From positions 6,844,234 to 6,908,233 of the forward strand of contig OZ316894.1 in NCBI GenBank assembly GCA_973895155.1: a stretch of DNA of 64,000 nucleotides. The letters run 5' to 3'. This document shows, one piece after another, positions 12,690-25,619 of this stretch; position 1 is the first letter of the stretch, and every line of letters begins with the position of its first letter. Made by a program: the position numbers and the translations under genes. Below the pieces are notes generated by a model. It had not been told where the DNA came from and ran no database searches. It saw only the letters and a list, made by a program, of their open reading frames with translations. The DNA comes from Marsupella aquatica (lineage: Eukaryota; Plantae; Marchantiophyta).

Positions 12690-13799
12690 TACACCTCGTT
12701 GTTTTGTTTCGTAGTAGATACAGTCCACGGAATAGAAGTCCACGCGTTACTACAGTCAACTTGCTTGTTTCCGTATATATTAGCCATGGCATGAAATTGA
12801 TTCTGAAGCCTTGCCGGGGAACAACTTTTTGGACAGAATCTTCAGATTGTGTATGCTGGCCTGCGGCCGAAATTCGGGCCACGGATTGCTAAAAGCGAGC
12901 CTAATGCAGTGTCAATTATATGGATGGTGTGAGTTCACAAACAGGTCAGCAGTTTAGAGGCAGATCTAGGCTCTAGAGGACTCTAATCGGAATGTAAAAT
13001 CATGAACTCGTGTTTCAATATTGTCCATATATGTCGCGCCATCACTTCCCAGACTCTTTGATTATAGGACAGATTTGTGGTTATTTTATGTCCATTAACT
13101 TCATGGATTGTTTGCATGAATTGTTAGTTTGTTGAGAGTAAATTGAAGCGGGTGCTCGCTATGTGTTCCGTGAGTGTCAATGAACATCGAGTGCTCTTGA
13201 GCCAGCATTAGACAACCTGCTGTAAATTAAACATACTCATAAGGAGCCCCACTTTATTGAGCTGACCTTGTTGTGAACTGACAGTGCTGAGTGCCTCCTC
13301 TGCTCGGTCCCGCGACTTCTTAAGTTTCAATAAGATGGAACCTTGTCGAAAGTTCACATCCTCTTGACCTGTTTCGTGAATTCATCATTTCTCTCCTAGC
13401 TTTGAACATTTGAACTTAATTTTATCATCGAACTCGAAGGATCCATTTGAATGCCATACTCGAGCTAGCTAGGGAGTCCTTTGGACGATATTTATCCCTC
13501 TTTAGTATTCCAGAGAGCCTAGTGATCCGAAACGGAGTTCTTCCATGAAACATGGGTAAGATTTGTAGAATATTATTGTTGAGCTCGAGAGAAGTTATTT
13601 TGGCCATTTGCAGTTAAGACTTGAGCATGCTCGTTTGCTAGTTGACAGTATAAATGCATTTGTGCAGAGTCTGCGGAATCTCAATGTTCACCAAATAAGC
13701 CCAAGAAGCTTGTTCTGGTATATATGGCTCCTAATTAAGTTACTGCTTTCGAAACTTAGATCCAGACTTTAGAGCTGAGCCCCAAAAGCCTTTTATTCG

Positions 13800-14530
13800 T
13801 AGCTCTTCAGTTGGAACTAACCCTTTTTCTTGCCTTGGAATGGTGAGGAAATCCATCCATCCTGGTCAATTATAATCGGAGATGTAGTTGGGACTTGACT
13901 TGTACCGTCGTTGTGGTCCAAGGGTCGCAAAACGATCCCAGGTGCCCAAATCTGAAAGGGTGGTGAAATCAATTCCTTCCAAGTAACTGAAAGATTTCTG
14001 AAACGAAGTCCATTCAAGAGAAGGTCTAACGTGCGAATGCCAAACTTTAAAAGCTACCGAGGTCTTTAGAGGAAATTCAATGAAGTGAGGAGAAGTCTCT
14101 AAATCAGGACGAACGAGACATGGATTGGACCAATGTGATGGGCTTGCATGCAGGGGATCGTAAATCCAAACAAAAGTGATTTCTTGATTTCTTGAGTGTT
14201 CCAGCTGCATAATAGAAAGGAAACCTGGCTCGGAATGTCTGTGGTTAATCGTCTTGGCCTCTAGCATTAACGATGAAGGTTACGTGAAAGTACGGTAAAG
14301 GTTGGGACAATACTAACTACATCATATATAGGTTGTTGGGTCCAACTAGAACATGTACGTATTCCTAGGGGTGAGGAGTTACTTGAGAGGTACTCCCCTC
14401 TCATATAAATAATCCAAAAATAATAATAAAGGCTCCAAGGAATCACCATGTTTGAAGAACAACCTGGATGACCATTGGTAACCGTTATGAATCTGAGCAA
14501 CCACAGCCCTCCATGGACCATGTTTCAACT
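13800..14530 (-). mobile_element. Possible highly decayed LINE ORF1-like remnant
   Basis: Broken minus-strand ORFs (PLGIRTCSSWT; NPCLVRPDL..FIEFP) loosely resemble plant LINE ORF1 segments. No diagnostic motif is intact. Confidence 0.25.
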
Positions 14531-15276
14531 AGCCTGACAGCTTGTTAAAGTTTGCACAAAAACAGTTGAGTACACTTAAGCCCTTTGGCCCTTCAATGAA
14601 TTGCTGTTCAACTTATTTCCAGTGACTCTCTTCAAAGGCGAAGCCATTTTCAGAGACTCAGACTTGTCCTGCCCTCGCGCGATCCCCCTTTTCCACCTGC
14701 TTTCCATACCTCAATTAGGCCTCCAGAATGACAGTCTAGATGCTGAACTTTAGATTTAACTAAATTGTGAAAAGGGTTCACATTGATATTATATATAGTT
14801 AGATTAGATTCGAATAGATTTCTGGGATCTCGCCCCATTCTCTTCATTAATATATTAAATTAAAAAAAAGGGTCCCGGGATGCAAAACAATATCTTGTGT
14901 GTAGAAAATTGTCCGAGAGGACTGCCAGACCGGTACCGTTCAAGCAAGTGTCGAATTTAACAGACTGATGAAAGTGCATTTTTTCTGTATTCCTCGTTTC
15001 GCGAGCCATATCGTCCATGTGGCTCCTCTTGTTGCCTCCGCTTTTCGGGCACTTTACCATCGCCACCACCTCGGCATCATATGTGGCTCACATGCGGACG
15101 AGTCTGTAAGAAAACGGACGTACGGGGACCTTTGTTCAGCTGCTGCGCTCCTTCATTGGGTTCTAAATTACGGTAAAACTTCCTCAGCGTGCAGTCCGGT
15201 TGGTTGTGTGTGGGTCGATGAGTGAGACTGGCTTCGTGCTTGTGTGTCTCAGCTGATTTTCAAGCGTCTGCTACAC

Positions 15277-15445
15277 ATCATTTGACGGGCACCTTGTCTT
15301 TTGATCTGTGAGATAAGGTTTGTTCTTGCTCGATCGTCATTTGATGGGCATCTTGTCGTTTGAGCTGTGAAATATTAAGGTTTGTTTTTGCTCGTCATTT
15401 GACAGGCACCTTGTCTTCTGAGCTGTGAAATCAGGTTTGTTTCCC
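15277..15445. repeat. Three-copy ~58-bp tandem repeat upstream of NTF2-like gene A
   Basis: tcatttga(c/t)(g/a)ggcaccttgtct...ga(t/g)ctgtgaa...aggtttgttt x3. Confidence 0.85.
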
Positions 15446-16302
15446 GAGCGACAACAATGGGCAAGAGTGCAGGTGTTGAATTTGACGCTGGGATTTCAGC
15501 TTGCCCGTCCTCAAGACTCTTAAGTAGGCTGACCTCATGTTTATGCACGCCGTTAAGTTTGTTGGAAAGTAGCCTCAGGTTTTGTTTCCAGATGACCTAC
15601 TGATTAAAAACTCGCGATTGACTGTCCTTTTTTGCGGAGGCTGATTGCTTCTCAGCGGATAACTTGTTGCGTGGTTGTTTTGCCAGGTTTTAGTCAAGGT
15701 TTCCAACGAGTTCCAATTTTCGTTGCGAGCCTGTCTCTCGAGAATCTCTTGCGAGTTCACTGAGCTGGTGGCACTTCGAGGCTAGTTTCAGGTTTGTACG
15801 ATTATAGCTCGACACACATTTGTACTCTCCCATTTTCAACATTTGTATTTGATTGATTGTTACGTCATAAATAGAATTCCTTACTTCACCGTAGGACTGG
15901 CAGTTCGACATTGTCCTAGGTCTGGTTTCGGGACTGCACCGTCCACAGCAGCATTCTTCACAAGAGTGAATCATAAGAGTTAATTGGACCGAACCGAATT
16001 TGATGGAATTGAGTTGAACTGAGTGTAGTTTTGGCCGGGTCGATCCACTGATAGCGCATTCCCTAATTGAAGAGGAACAAGGGACAGATATGAAAAGTTA
16101 ATTAAGACCTGTAGCGTCGGCCCGAAATGTAGATCGGCGTGAACACAGAGATAAAACAAAGATTTTTCTAGCTTCGTAAGTGTCCTAGAAACTATGTACA
16201 AGCTTAGTTGTGCTCTGTCGAGCTTTCGCGCGATTGCCCAAATCGTACTAAGAATGCACACACAGTGACATACAACAGGGCGATCTCGTAGAATCTTTTG
16301 GG

Positions 16303-17185
16303 ATGGAGGATCCCGCTAATGAGGTGGAAGGCGTGGTGCGGGCGTTGGTTGACAAGCCGACGCTGAGAGGGCAGGAGAAGACGCTAAGGAAATATTTCAT
16401 GCCTGATGCCGAGTTCTATCACTCAGTCGTAAATTTAAGTAGTGGCCTGGAGGCCATGATTGTGTGCTACCAGGTTGCCGAGATTCTGGTGAATTACAGT
16501 GGGGTGGAGTTCTATAATATCGTGTATGACGAAGTGGCCAACTGCGTTGCTGTCCGAGTGACAGTATACATCCGACCTTGGTTGCTCTTGTTCCGAACCG
16601 TTCCGTTGAGATACCTACTCTTTCTTGAGCTGACGGACGTTGTCGAGGTGCGTGAAAATCAGTCTTACTTCTTTCTTTCATCCTCCCATTTTCCGCCATA
16701 CGGAGATGATAGGCATCATCCAGTCCTTTGTAAAATAACGAATAGTCCTGGAAGAAGCGATGCTGAGTTTTGAGAGCATTTTAATCAAAAGCACGAAATT
16801 CGCTTGCAACCGTTGAGAACATATATCCATTTTTTGGAACTGCAATCTAATTTGAAAAACAATTCCTGTGAACTAGATGAGTCGTGCACAACCCTGATGA
16901 CTTGAGCCTTTGGGTCGTTCGATTGTAATGTGGCAGAATGGCAAGACATTGAAAAAGATACGAGTGCAGCGCGATTACAGCATCCGCTCTCCTCTAGTAG
17001 AATTGATCCCTCTTCTCGGAAAAATCTACGACTCGGAGACTCTCCGCTTCTGGGCGGGTGACATCTCGGGCTTCATTCTCCTGCTCTTGAAATCTCTGAT
17101 AATCTGGTTGCTACGCCATTTGCCTGAAAAGTTCGGCCATAGCAGTTGGAGATACTCAGCGCACGACAGCGCTGTGGAGATGTGA
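16303..17185 (+). CDS. NTF2-like fold protein with C-terminal hydrophobic helix, copy A (197 aa)
   Basis: Exons 16303-16647 and 16937-17185 (GT-AG, phase 0). N-terminus MEDPANEVEGVVRALV...Q...LRKYFMPDAEFYH matches the pattern I recall for fungal 'SigF-like NTF2' proteins. Late beta-strand KKIRVQRDY; hydrophobic tail FILLLLKSLIIWLL. Confidence 0.8.
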
Positions 17186-17214
17186 ACTTTACAAGTAAAA
17201 ATTGTTATTAAACT

Positions 17215-18520
17215 CTATAATATGGAGATCCGGCCATTTTTGGGTTTAGTCTGCTTATTAAAATTAAAAAAGGCGGGATCCAATCGTGGTCGTCCATTTA
17301 TAATATGATTAATAATCACCCTTAGATGCAAACAAAACTATAACATTACCTCTTCTGTCTCATTCTAACTGTTAGTGTAAGAGCTAGTACATATGGTACT
17401 AGAATGTATAGTCAATTATTATAGCCACATAAAAAAGAAAAAACTATGACAGTATGGAGGGATGATGGGAGGTAGAGAGAAAATGGCTGGTGTAGAAAAT
17501 AAAGGGGGAGGGAGGAGATGAAGTAAAAAAAATAAAAAATAAAATTGGAACCCTTAGCAAATGGAGCCATGTTAAAAAAGTGGGGAAAAGAGGAAAGGGG
17601 GATAATTTAATATTTAAATATTCCGTCTAAAATTTTAAAATGTACACATTATAAATTTGTATTTACAACTTTTTTTTTCGTAGATAGAGCCAATTTTAAA
17701 TAGTCATATATAATATATCATTCTCTTTGATGTGCACATCATGCTGTATACACATCCATGACTGTTCTATGCACATATGTTGTGATGGGACCATACTACC
17801 TATATTTTTTGAATGTTAATATTTAAAAATTATCACATAAAAGTACATATATCATAGTCATGTCATAAGTTTGTCTCATGCACATGATGACCATAGAGTT
17901 ATGGTCTAGAGACTTCACTCTAGACCCTAGCTTGTGAAAAATAGGTTGCAGTTTGCGCTTTATTAGTAAGATTCTACATAAGTTTGTTATTTGGTGAAAT
18001 AATTCTTTTGCATAGCCATATCTTTTATGTAATGGAATCTGTGATCCAATAACATTTTATTACAAAAAAACTTATTTTACACCATGATATATTCTTTTGT
18101 ATAGAGATATCTTTTATGAAATGTGATCTTTTGTGCAACAACACATTATGCAATGAGATCTTTTCTACAACAATATCTTATATAGAACAACATCTTTAGT
18201 TCAATGCACTAAGAATGAGCTCACCTGTGTTGCATTGACAACTGTGCCTCTTGGCGAGGTCTTTGCCCCCTTCATATCTTTGACTTGTATCAACATCTTT
18301 TTCTCACCTTGATATCTTATGTGTGAACCTTCAAACCCCAAACATTCACATATTTTACTCACCTTGACATATTTTGCTTTGTTCGACATCTCTTTCTCTC
18401 CTCAACATATTTCTCTCGCCTTTACATCTTCTGTGCAACCCACAAGCATTGGGGCAGTGAAAACATATTTGGCGGCTAGTGTAGAAGAACATGTAGACTT
18501 GCACTGACCTTGCAAGAGTC
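17215..18520 (+). mobile_element. Non-autonomous AT-rich TE-like element, related in reverse orientation to 37150-38975
   Basis: 17216-17285 (ctataatatgg.gatccggccatttttgggtttagtctgcttattaaaattaaaaaaggcg) aligns with the reverse complement of ~38905-38972. 18220-18245 (caatgcactaagaatgagctcacc) aligns with the reverse complement of ~38083-38107. Both carry degenerate 'acatcttt' short repeats. Right boundary uncertain. Confidence 0.6.
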
Positions 18521-20277
18521 TACACATTCATCTGTACAGTCATGAAGATGAAGATGGATTTCTCAGGGAAAATGCAATCAAAAGTTACCCCCATGCCTAC
18601 TATCTAGAGTGACGACTCTCCCTGACTCTACCAAAAGACATAAATGAGAGTGCAGAAAAAACAGAAGGAGGCACTAATGACAAAGAGAAAATAACTTAGG
18701 ATATTTTTCTTAGCAAGGCCTTTAACTCATCTTTATTAGAAACAAAAGCCCGGATGAGCCCAAACATTGTCCCTGCCCATCCCCATGATTGGACTGAGTA
18801 AAGCAATTGTCACTTTTACACCCAAAACAAAAAAGAACTTGTAGTGTCACTTTTACCCCAAAAACAAAAAAGAACTTTTAGTTTGGAGTTGATGACTTTG
18901 AGTACCTAGGGAAGAAAATCAAGAGGTCATGGTGATCCTGAGTAAGGGCATGATGTAAGTCTTTTAGTTTCAAAGTAGTCAAGTTACCAGGGCATGATGT
19001 AAGTCTTTTAGTTTCAAAGTAGTCAACTTACCAAGTTACCAAGGAAACTGGTCCAATCTAGGTGTAATTGAAACAATACCGGCTGCAATTGGTATGGAGA
19101 CCATTTACAAGTTACATTTCAATCAAAATTGTGTTATGTGAGTCAGTTTGAATGTTTTGAGTCCATCCAAGCTATGCCACTTTATCTTTTGCTTCATAGA
19201 CAAAGTGGAGGTCCATCCTAACTTTAGGGTGACTTTACAAGATGTTGGAAGCAGTTTTCACTTTTGTACTTTTGTTGGTCTGCAAGATTTGATAGGAGCC
19301 ATCCATGTGGTAGAAATTGCTGTAGTTCACTTTACAAAACATTGGGGGCACTTTTAACCTGTTAACCAATCCTAGTGTACATGGAATTGTAGTGGGGCCC
19401 CAGTTTTGCTTATGTGGAACACTCTTTTGTCCTAGATTTTAGATCACCTCTATTGAAGGTCTCTTCTTCTAGTCTCTTGGTTCATTTCTATTTTAAGTCC
19501 TTTGCATTCAAAAGTGACCCACAAGTCCTCCGTAAGATCTTCCCTTCTCACATCTAGAAAGACTTTAGCCAAAGACTACCTGACATTGAGTGGGAGTGGG
19601 TACTCAATCTGTCTTTTAGTACACTAATCTAGTAACGCTGGCTGCACTTGGCTTTGCAAGACTTTGGGGGCAATAAAAGGATTTCAAAAGCTTTACAAGA
19701 CTTTAGGGGTAGTAAAAGGATTCCAAAAATGTTTTTTTCCCCTGGACATTATATTTACTGTGTGCAATGGCCCTCAATTTGCTTTGGTGAAAAAAACTCC
19801 CAAATGCCCCAGATCTTGTAAATTACTCCTTGGTTTCTTTTTATTACGTTAGGGGTAACCAGGCTCGTGAAATAATAAAGAAAGGGTCTCGGGATGTAAA
19901 ACAATATCCTGCTGCGAAGAAAAATTGTCTCAGGATAGGACTCCCAGGCCGGTAGCAAGTGTCAGATTCAACAGACTGATGAAAGCGCATTCTTCTGGAT
20001 TCCTCTTTTTGCGAGCCATATCCTCCATGTGGCGCCTCATGTTGCCTCCGCTTGTCGGGCACGTTATCACCGAAAGCACTTTTGCTACCTCACATGCAGA
20101 CGAGTCTATAGAAAACAAGACGTACGTGGACTCGTTGTTCAGCTGCTCCACTCCTTCCTTGGGTTCTGAATTACGGTAAAACTTCCTCAGCGTACAGTCA
20201 GGTTGGTTTGTGTGTGTCGATGAGTGAGACTGGCTTCGTGCTTGTCTGTCTAAGCTGATTTCAGGCCTTTGCTACAC

Positions 20278-20440
20278 GTCATTTGAGGGGCACCTTATCT
20301 TTTGATCTGTGAAATAAGGTTTGTTTTCGCTGTCATTTGACGGGCACTTGTCTTTAATTTGAGCTGTGAAATAAGGTTTGGTTTTCCTCGTCATTTGCCG
20401 GGCACCTTGTCTTCAGAGCTGTGAAATAAGGTTTGTTTTC
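20278..20440. repeat. Three-copy ~55-58-bp tandem repeat upstream of NTF2-like gene B
   Basis: gtcatttg..gggcac(c)tt.tct...ga.ctgtgaaataaggtttg x3; the duplicated counterpart of 15277-15445. Confidence 0.85.
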
Positions 20441-21307
20441 TCGAGCGACAACATGGGCAAGAGTTGATTTTTATGGCAGGTGTTGACGCGACTTTGACGC
20501 TGGGATTTCAGCTCGCCCGTCCTCAAGACTCTTTAGGAGGCTGACCTCATGTTCATGCACGCCGTTAAGCTTGTTGGAAAGTAGCCTCAGGTTTTGTTTC
20601 CAGATGACCTACTGATTAAAAGCTCGTGAGTCGACTGTCCTTTTTTGCGGAGGCTTATTGCTTCTCAGCATATAACTTGCTGCGTGGTTGTTTTGCCAGG
20701 TTTAAAACAAGGTCTCCAACGAGTTCCAACTTTCGTTACGAGCCTGTCTCTCGATCGAGAATCTCTTGCGAGTTCACTGAGCTGGAAGCTAGTTTCAGGT
20801 TTGTACGATTCTTGACGCACATTTGTACTGTCCCTTTTCAACATTTGTATTTGATTGATTGTTAAGTCATTGATAGAATTCCTTACTTCGCCGTATGACT
20901 GGCAATTCGACATTGTGCTAGGTTTGGTTTCAGGACTGCACCGTTCCACAGCGGCATTCTTCTCAAGAGTGAGTCATAAGAGTAAAATTGGACCGAACCG
21001 AATTTGATCGAATTGAATTGAATTGAAGTGAGTGTAGTTTTGAGGCCTCAGAGATAGCCCATCCCCCAATTGAAGAGGAACAATGAAGGGACAGAAATGA
21101 AAATTTAATTAAGACAGCGTTGGCCCGAAAATGTAGATGGGCGTGAGTACAGATATAAAAGCATAGAGTTTTATGAGTTTGTAAGTGTCCTAGAAACTAT
21201 GCACAAGCTTAGGAGTGGTCTGTCGAGATTTCGCACTATTGTCCAAATAGTAGTAAGAATGCTTGCACGGTGACATACAGCAGGACGATCTCTTATAATC
21301 TTCTGGG

Positions 21308-22206
21308 ATGGAGGACCCCGCTAATGAGGTGGAAGGCGTGGTGCGGGCATTGATTGACAAGCCGACGCTGAGACGCCAGGAGAAGGCCCTAAGGAAATAT
21401 TTCGTACCCGATGTCGAGTTCTATCACCCATATATAAATTCCAATAGGGGCCTGGAGGTCTTGATTGTGATCTACCAGTTTGCCGAGATCATGTTCAATT
21501 ACAGTGGGGTGGACTTCGACAATATCGTGTATGACGAAGTGGCCAATTGCGTTGCTGTCCGAATGACTGTATACATCCGACCTTGGCCGCTCATTTTCCG
21601 AACCGTTCCTTTGAGATACCTCTCCTTCCTTGAGCTGACGGACGTTGTTGAGGTGCGTGAAAATCAGTCTTACTTCTTTCTTTCATGCAATCCATTGGCT
21701 TCCCATTTTCCGCCATACCGAGATGATAGGCATCATCAAGTCTGCTTTGTAAATGAATAATCCTGGAAACAGCGATGCTGAGTTTGGAGAGCATTTTGAT
21801 CAAAGCAACCAATTCGTTTGTAATCGTTGAGAATAGAAATCCAATTTTGAGAGCTGCAATGTAACTTGAAAACCAGTTCCTGTGCACGAGATGAGTCGTG
21901 CACAACCGTGATGGTCAAATGACCGGAGCCCTGACTCGTTCATTTGTAATGTGGCAGAATGGCAAAATATTGAAAAAGATACGAGTCCAGCGCGACTACA
22001 ACATCCGCTCTCCTCTAGTGCAGGCAATCCCTATTATCGGCGAAATCTATGACTCGGAGACTCTCCGCTTCTGGGCGGGTGACATCTGGGGCTTCGTCTT
22101 CCTGCTCTTGAAATCTTCAATAATCTGGATTTTGCGCCACTTGCCTGAAAAGTTCGGCCATGGCAGTTGGAGATACTCAGCGCACGACATGGCTGTGGAG
22201 ATGTGA
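21308..22206 (+). CDS. NTF2-like fold protein with C-terminal hydrophobic helix, copy B (197 aa)
   Basis: Exons 21308-21652 and 21958-22206, the same lengths as copy A. Contains YFVPDVEFYHP and KKIRVQRDY. Confidence 0.8.
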
Positions 22207-22704
22207 GCTTTACGAGTAAGAATCAAGACATAGTTGGCTAGTACGTACGAACGTGTCGACGTGCACCTGTACGCTTGCAAAACTTGGTTAAGTGCACCGA
22301 CCTAAATTTTCCCCAAAATTGCACAGTTGTACTTTTTCCAACTGCAGATTTTATTGTGAAATGTGTGAAGTTTTGTGGTGGAAGTTTTTGCAATTTCAAG
22401 TAGATGTTGCTTTGATGGACAGAGCTTTTCAACATCCAATAAAGGTCAACATTTTTACCAAAGAAAGTTTGACTTAATGTTATGACGGAAAGATGGTATT
22501 TGAGTGCAAAATAATATTTCATAAATGGCTATTTTGAGAGCTTGTCCTACATAGTGTAATAAACTGTAGATAATTGTAAACTTTCCCCACTTATGCATGT
22601 TGTGGATCAACTTTATCAAGCAGAGTTCCAAGTAACGTTTGACTGAATTTGTGATTTGATCTGTCCATAATTTCTGGTTTCGAGCCATTTCATCCAGTCA
22701 ATGG

Positions 22705-22705
<1 letters not shown>

Positions 22706-22737
<32 letters not shown>
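22706..22737. repeat. (CT)16 microsatellite
   Basis: Perfect CT dinucleotide run. Confidence 0.95.
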
Positions 22738-22738
<1 letters not shown>

Positions 22739-22857
22739 ATGGCTGCATTTGATCTACAATATTGAATAAAATTTAAGTTAATTATAAATGATGAAAATCC
22801 TACATACAACTAGTAAAAAATAAAACTTGCCCTATACCGTGGCTTATACTACAGATA

Positions 22858-23455
22858 TTTTACTAAATACGCAAAAAACACTTCTTATATGTATTAGATT
22901 TTATTAATGTAAAACCACCACCCTGGCGGCTGCCCTAACAGTGCTCATGATTGCATACTTTACTAAATACATAAAAAAAACACTTCTTACATGTATTAGA
23001 TTGTATTAATGTAAAAAAAAACACTTCTTACATGTATTAGATTGTATTAATGTAAAACCACCACCCTTGCGGTTGCCCTAACAGCGCTCACGATTGCATC
23101 CTGTCTTGCCGCTGCTTCCCCTAGTTTCCCTGCATACCTTAAAAAGCAGTGAAGTTGTTCGTTATGATCATTCTAGGCGCACCTTGCTCTATGACTGTTC
23201 CTGACTAGGTCTTTCCCAACAATTGTTTACGTTGGAGATAGTGAGTTGCTTCCTGACTTTTTCTTCCTGAGAGGATCTTTTTCTCAAGTACATTCTCACA
23301 CCTTTTCTGTCAGCTCTCGTTGGTTTAGCTTGACTTTATTTATCATTGCTTTAGTACTCTAGATCCTCTACTAGTACCTTCTCTGTTAGCTCTCGTTTGT
23401 TTAGCTTGCTGTTATTTATCATTACTTAAATAGTACTCTAGATCCTCTACTAGAG
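22858..23455. repeat. Local tandem duplications (~100-bp unit x2 with internal partial copy; ~75-bp unit x2)
   Basis: tactaaatac...cacttctta.atgtattagatt.tattaatgtaaaaccaccaccct.gcgg.tgccctaacag repeated at 22860-23100. cagctctcgtt.gtttagcttg...tagtactctagatcctctactag repeated at 23310-23455. Confidence 0.8.
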
Positions 23456-25619
23456 TGACTTTTGCACATAGCACTCTTGTGTCTGCTCTTTCACACGGGC
23501 TCCACCAGCATGGCACGAGGACCACAGGTGTGGCTCATGTTTCTCTAGGTATGATTCATGCTTTTTCCTGGTTTATTACTCCCTTTTTCTCTATAGTGCT
23601 AGCCTGAAATTAATGTACGTCTCCCCGTTACCGCCGCGGTTCAATGGTAGCAGAAACGTACAATTCCTTGGGATGTCAAGAATGAAGTGCAACAATTACC
23701 ACCAATTGGATATCAATTGGTGGAGGCGATCAACGACCTTGCAAAGACGTTAATTGGATATCAGTACATAGGACCCTACAGAGACAATCATCGGGGATTT
23801 GTTTCGGAAGTCTTGAGGTGTAGGGACCTCACCACAAAGTTCTGGAATAGGAAGCCTCTCGATTTCTGCAATCACGATATGAAATATGACCCGTCAGGGT
23901 CTAGATTTACTTGCTCAAATGAATTCTGCGGGGTGGAGGAGCATGAGATTTGGGTCTAGATTATCTCGACCCTACACTGAATAGTTACAATGTGAGTTGT
24001 AGATATACATATTCTTACTCGAAAAAAGTGAAACTATGCGTACTATCCATTTGAGTCTAGATGCTGTTGATCCTCTTTTACTTGTAGATATGTTCTCAGA
24101 AAAAAGTTATTTGGGTCTTGACCCTATACAAAAGGAATAGCTAGAGATATAGATTCAACAACGGGTCAAAATTATGTGGACCCTACATTTGGGTCGAGAT
24201 AATCTCGACATAGATTTTTATATAGTAATTGATATACATTCAACAACCGGTCAAAACTATCTAGAGCTTGCATTGGGGCAGACGTGGTCTCAACCCTGTA
24301 AAAATAGGATTTTTACTTTTATAATATATCACCGGTTTACCTTCCGTGTTTGTGTAACTTGGTTATCACGGGTCATTTGAATTTATTCTATTTTTTTATT
24401 CTATTTTTTCATTGTTTATATTATATATAATAAGAACAATTTATTGTCTTTTAATTAATAAGTATTAATAATTGATAACTGAATTATTTAATTAATAATT
24501 TGGGCATTAGAATTGTAATTTTAGACCTCAAAAAGTGTATATTTGGCCACTAAAATATATGCTTTTGGGGAACAAGTTATAGAACTTTTGGGGGTAAAAT
24601 AAGAAATTTGAAGGTCAACTTCTGGACTAGAGAAATTCCAGTTGTAATGAATAGGGTGATATGGTGGATGCATATGAGAACACTGGGCCATTCAAGGCCA
24701 CTATCTTTCAAGCTGCACGAGAGCTTGTGGACATGACTGCTGACAAATTTGCAGAGTATGGTACCATTCGCCAGCTTGAAACAATGCACTAGCAAATTGC
24801 TCAGATCCCATACTGTCTAGTGTGGATTAAGGCAAGAGGACACTCTGCTGTTGTGAATAAGCTCGTTGTTGAGATGTGGTGATGCCCTCCTCGTCGTGCC
24901 CCTGTGAGAACAAGAGTTGAGAAAGTGATCAGCAGAAGCAATCTTGTGGATGCTGATGTCCTTATGTAGCAATTGGAGGTGACTGCAACAATGATTTCAA
25001 AGTTTTGTTTGTCCACCATCGAATCCGCCAAAGACTTGAAAGGCAAATGATAGGGATGTTGTGTCATGTAGAATACGTTTTGGTTGTTGTATTCTTGTTA
25101 TTTCTTGAAGAGATTGGTGGTTTGGTAAGATGATTTAGTGTCATTTAGCATTCTCCGTAGCTTCAATGATGAACAATTCGCATTTCAGATGAGTATTGGG
25201 GGAGCCCTTCAGTTGCATAATTTTGAAAACCTGCATGTATTGTGTAATGGGTATTTTCTCTTGCGTTATGAATAGACTACAACATTGTTTATGTATTCTC
25301 TGATCTATCTGTTATGTAACACGTTGCAACATTCTTTTGTATGTTGAGAATACAACATAGAATACTATATGGTTTATGTATTCTTTGAATTCTATTTCAT
25401 GTAACACGTCTAGGTTGCGCCTGCTTTGCTACTTCATTGCTAGGGTTTAGGGTGCACGATCAGTTGCGCGTATGCCTTATCTTTGGCGAGGGTTTAGGAT
25501 TTTAGAGAGATGGCGGCCAATAGGAATGATGAGCGAGGAGGATTGTTTTAGGGAGGGATTCCACTATTGGAGCTCGCAAATTGATCAATCAAAGGCTTGC
25601 TATGCTGGTGAAGGGGGAT

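Larger units (their letters stand above)
14862..17190 (+). repeat. Segmental duplication unit A (~1.4 kb upstream region + NTF2-like gene); paralogous to 19880-22212
   Basis: Collinear similarity from aaagggtc(c/t)cgggatg.aaaacaatatc through the gene, its intron and the stop codon (gctgtggagatgtga). Confidence 0.9.
19880..22212 (+). repeat. Segmental duplication unit B (upstream region + NTF2-like gene)
   Basis: Collinear with 14862-17190, including the 58-bp array and the intron. Confidence 0.9.

Noticed and set aside
2022-22206. Idea that the NLR-like gene, FLA and NTF2-like pair form a functional defence cluster
   Set aside because: Only adjacency supports it. There is no head-to-head pairing or shared regulatory element, and co-expression or conserved synteny would be needed.
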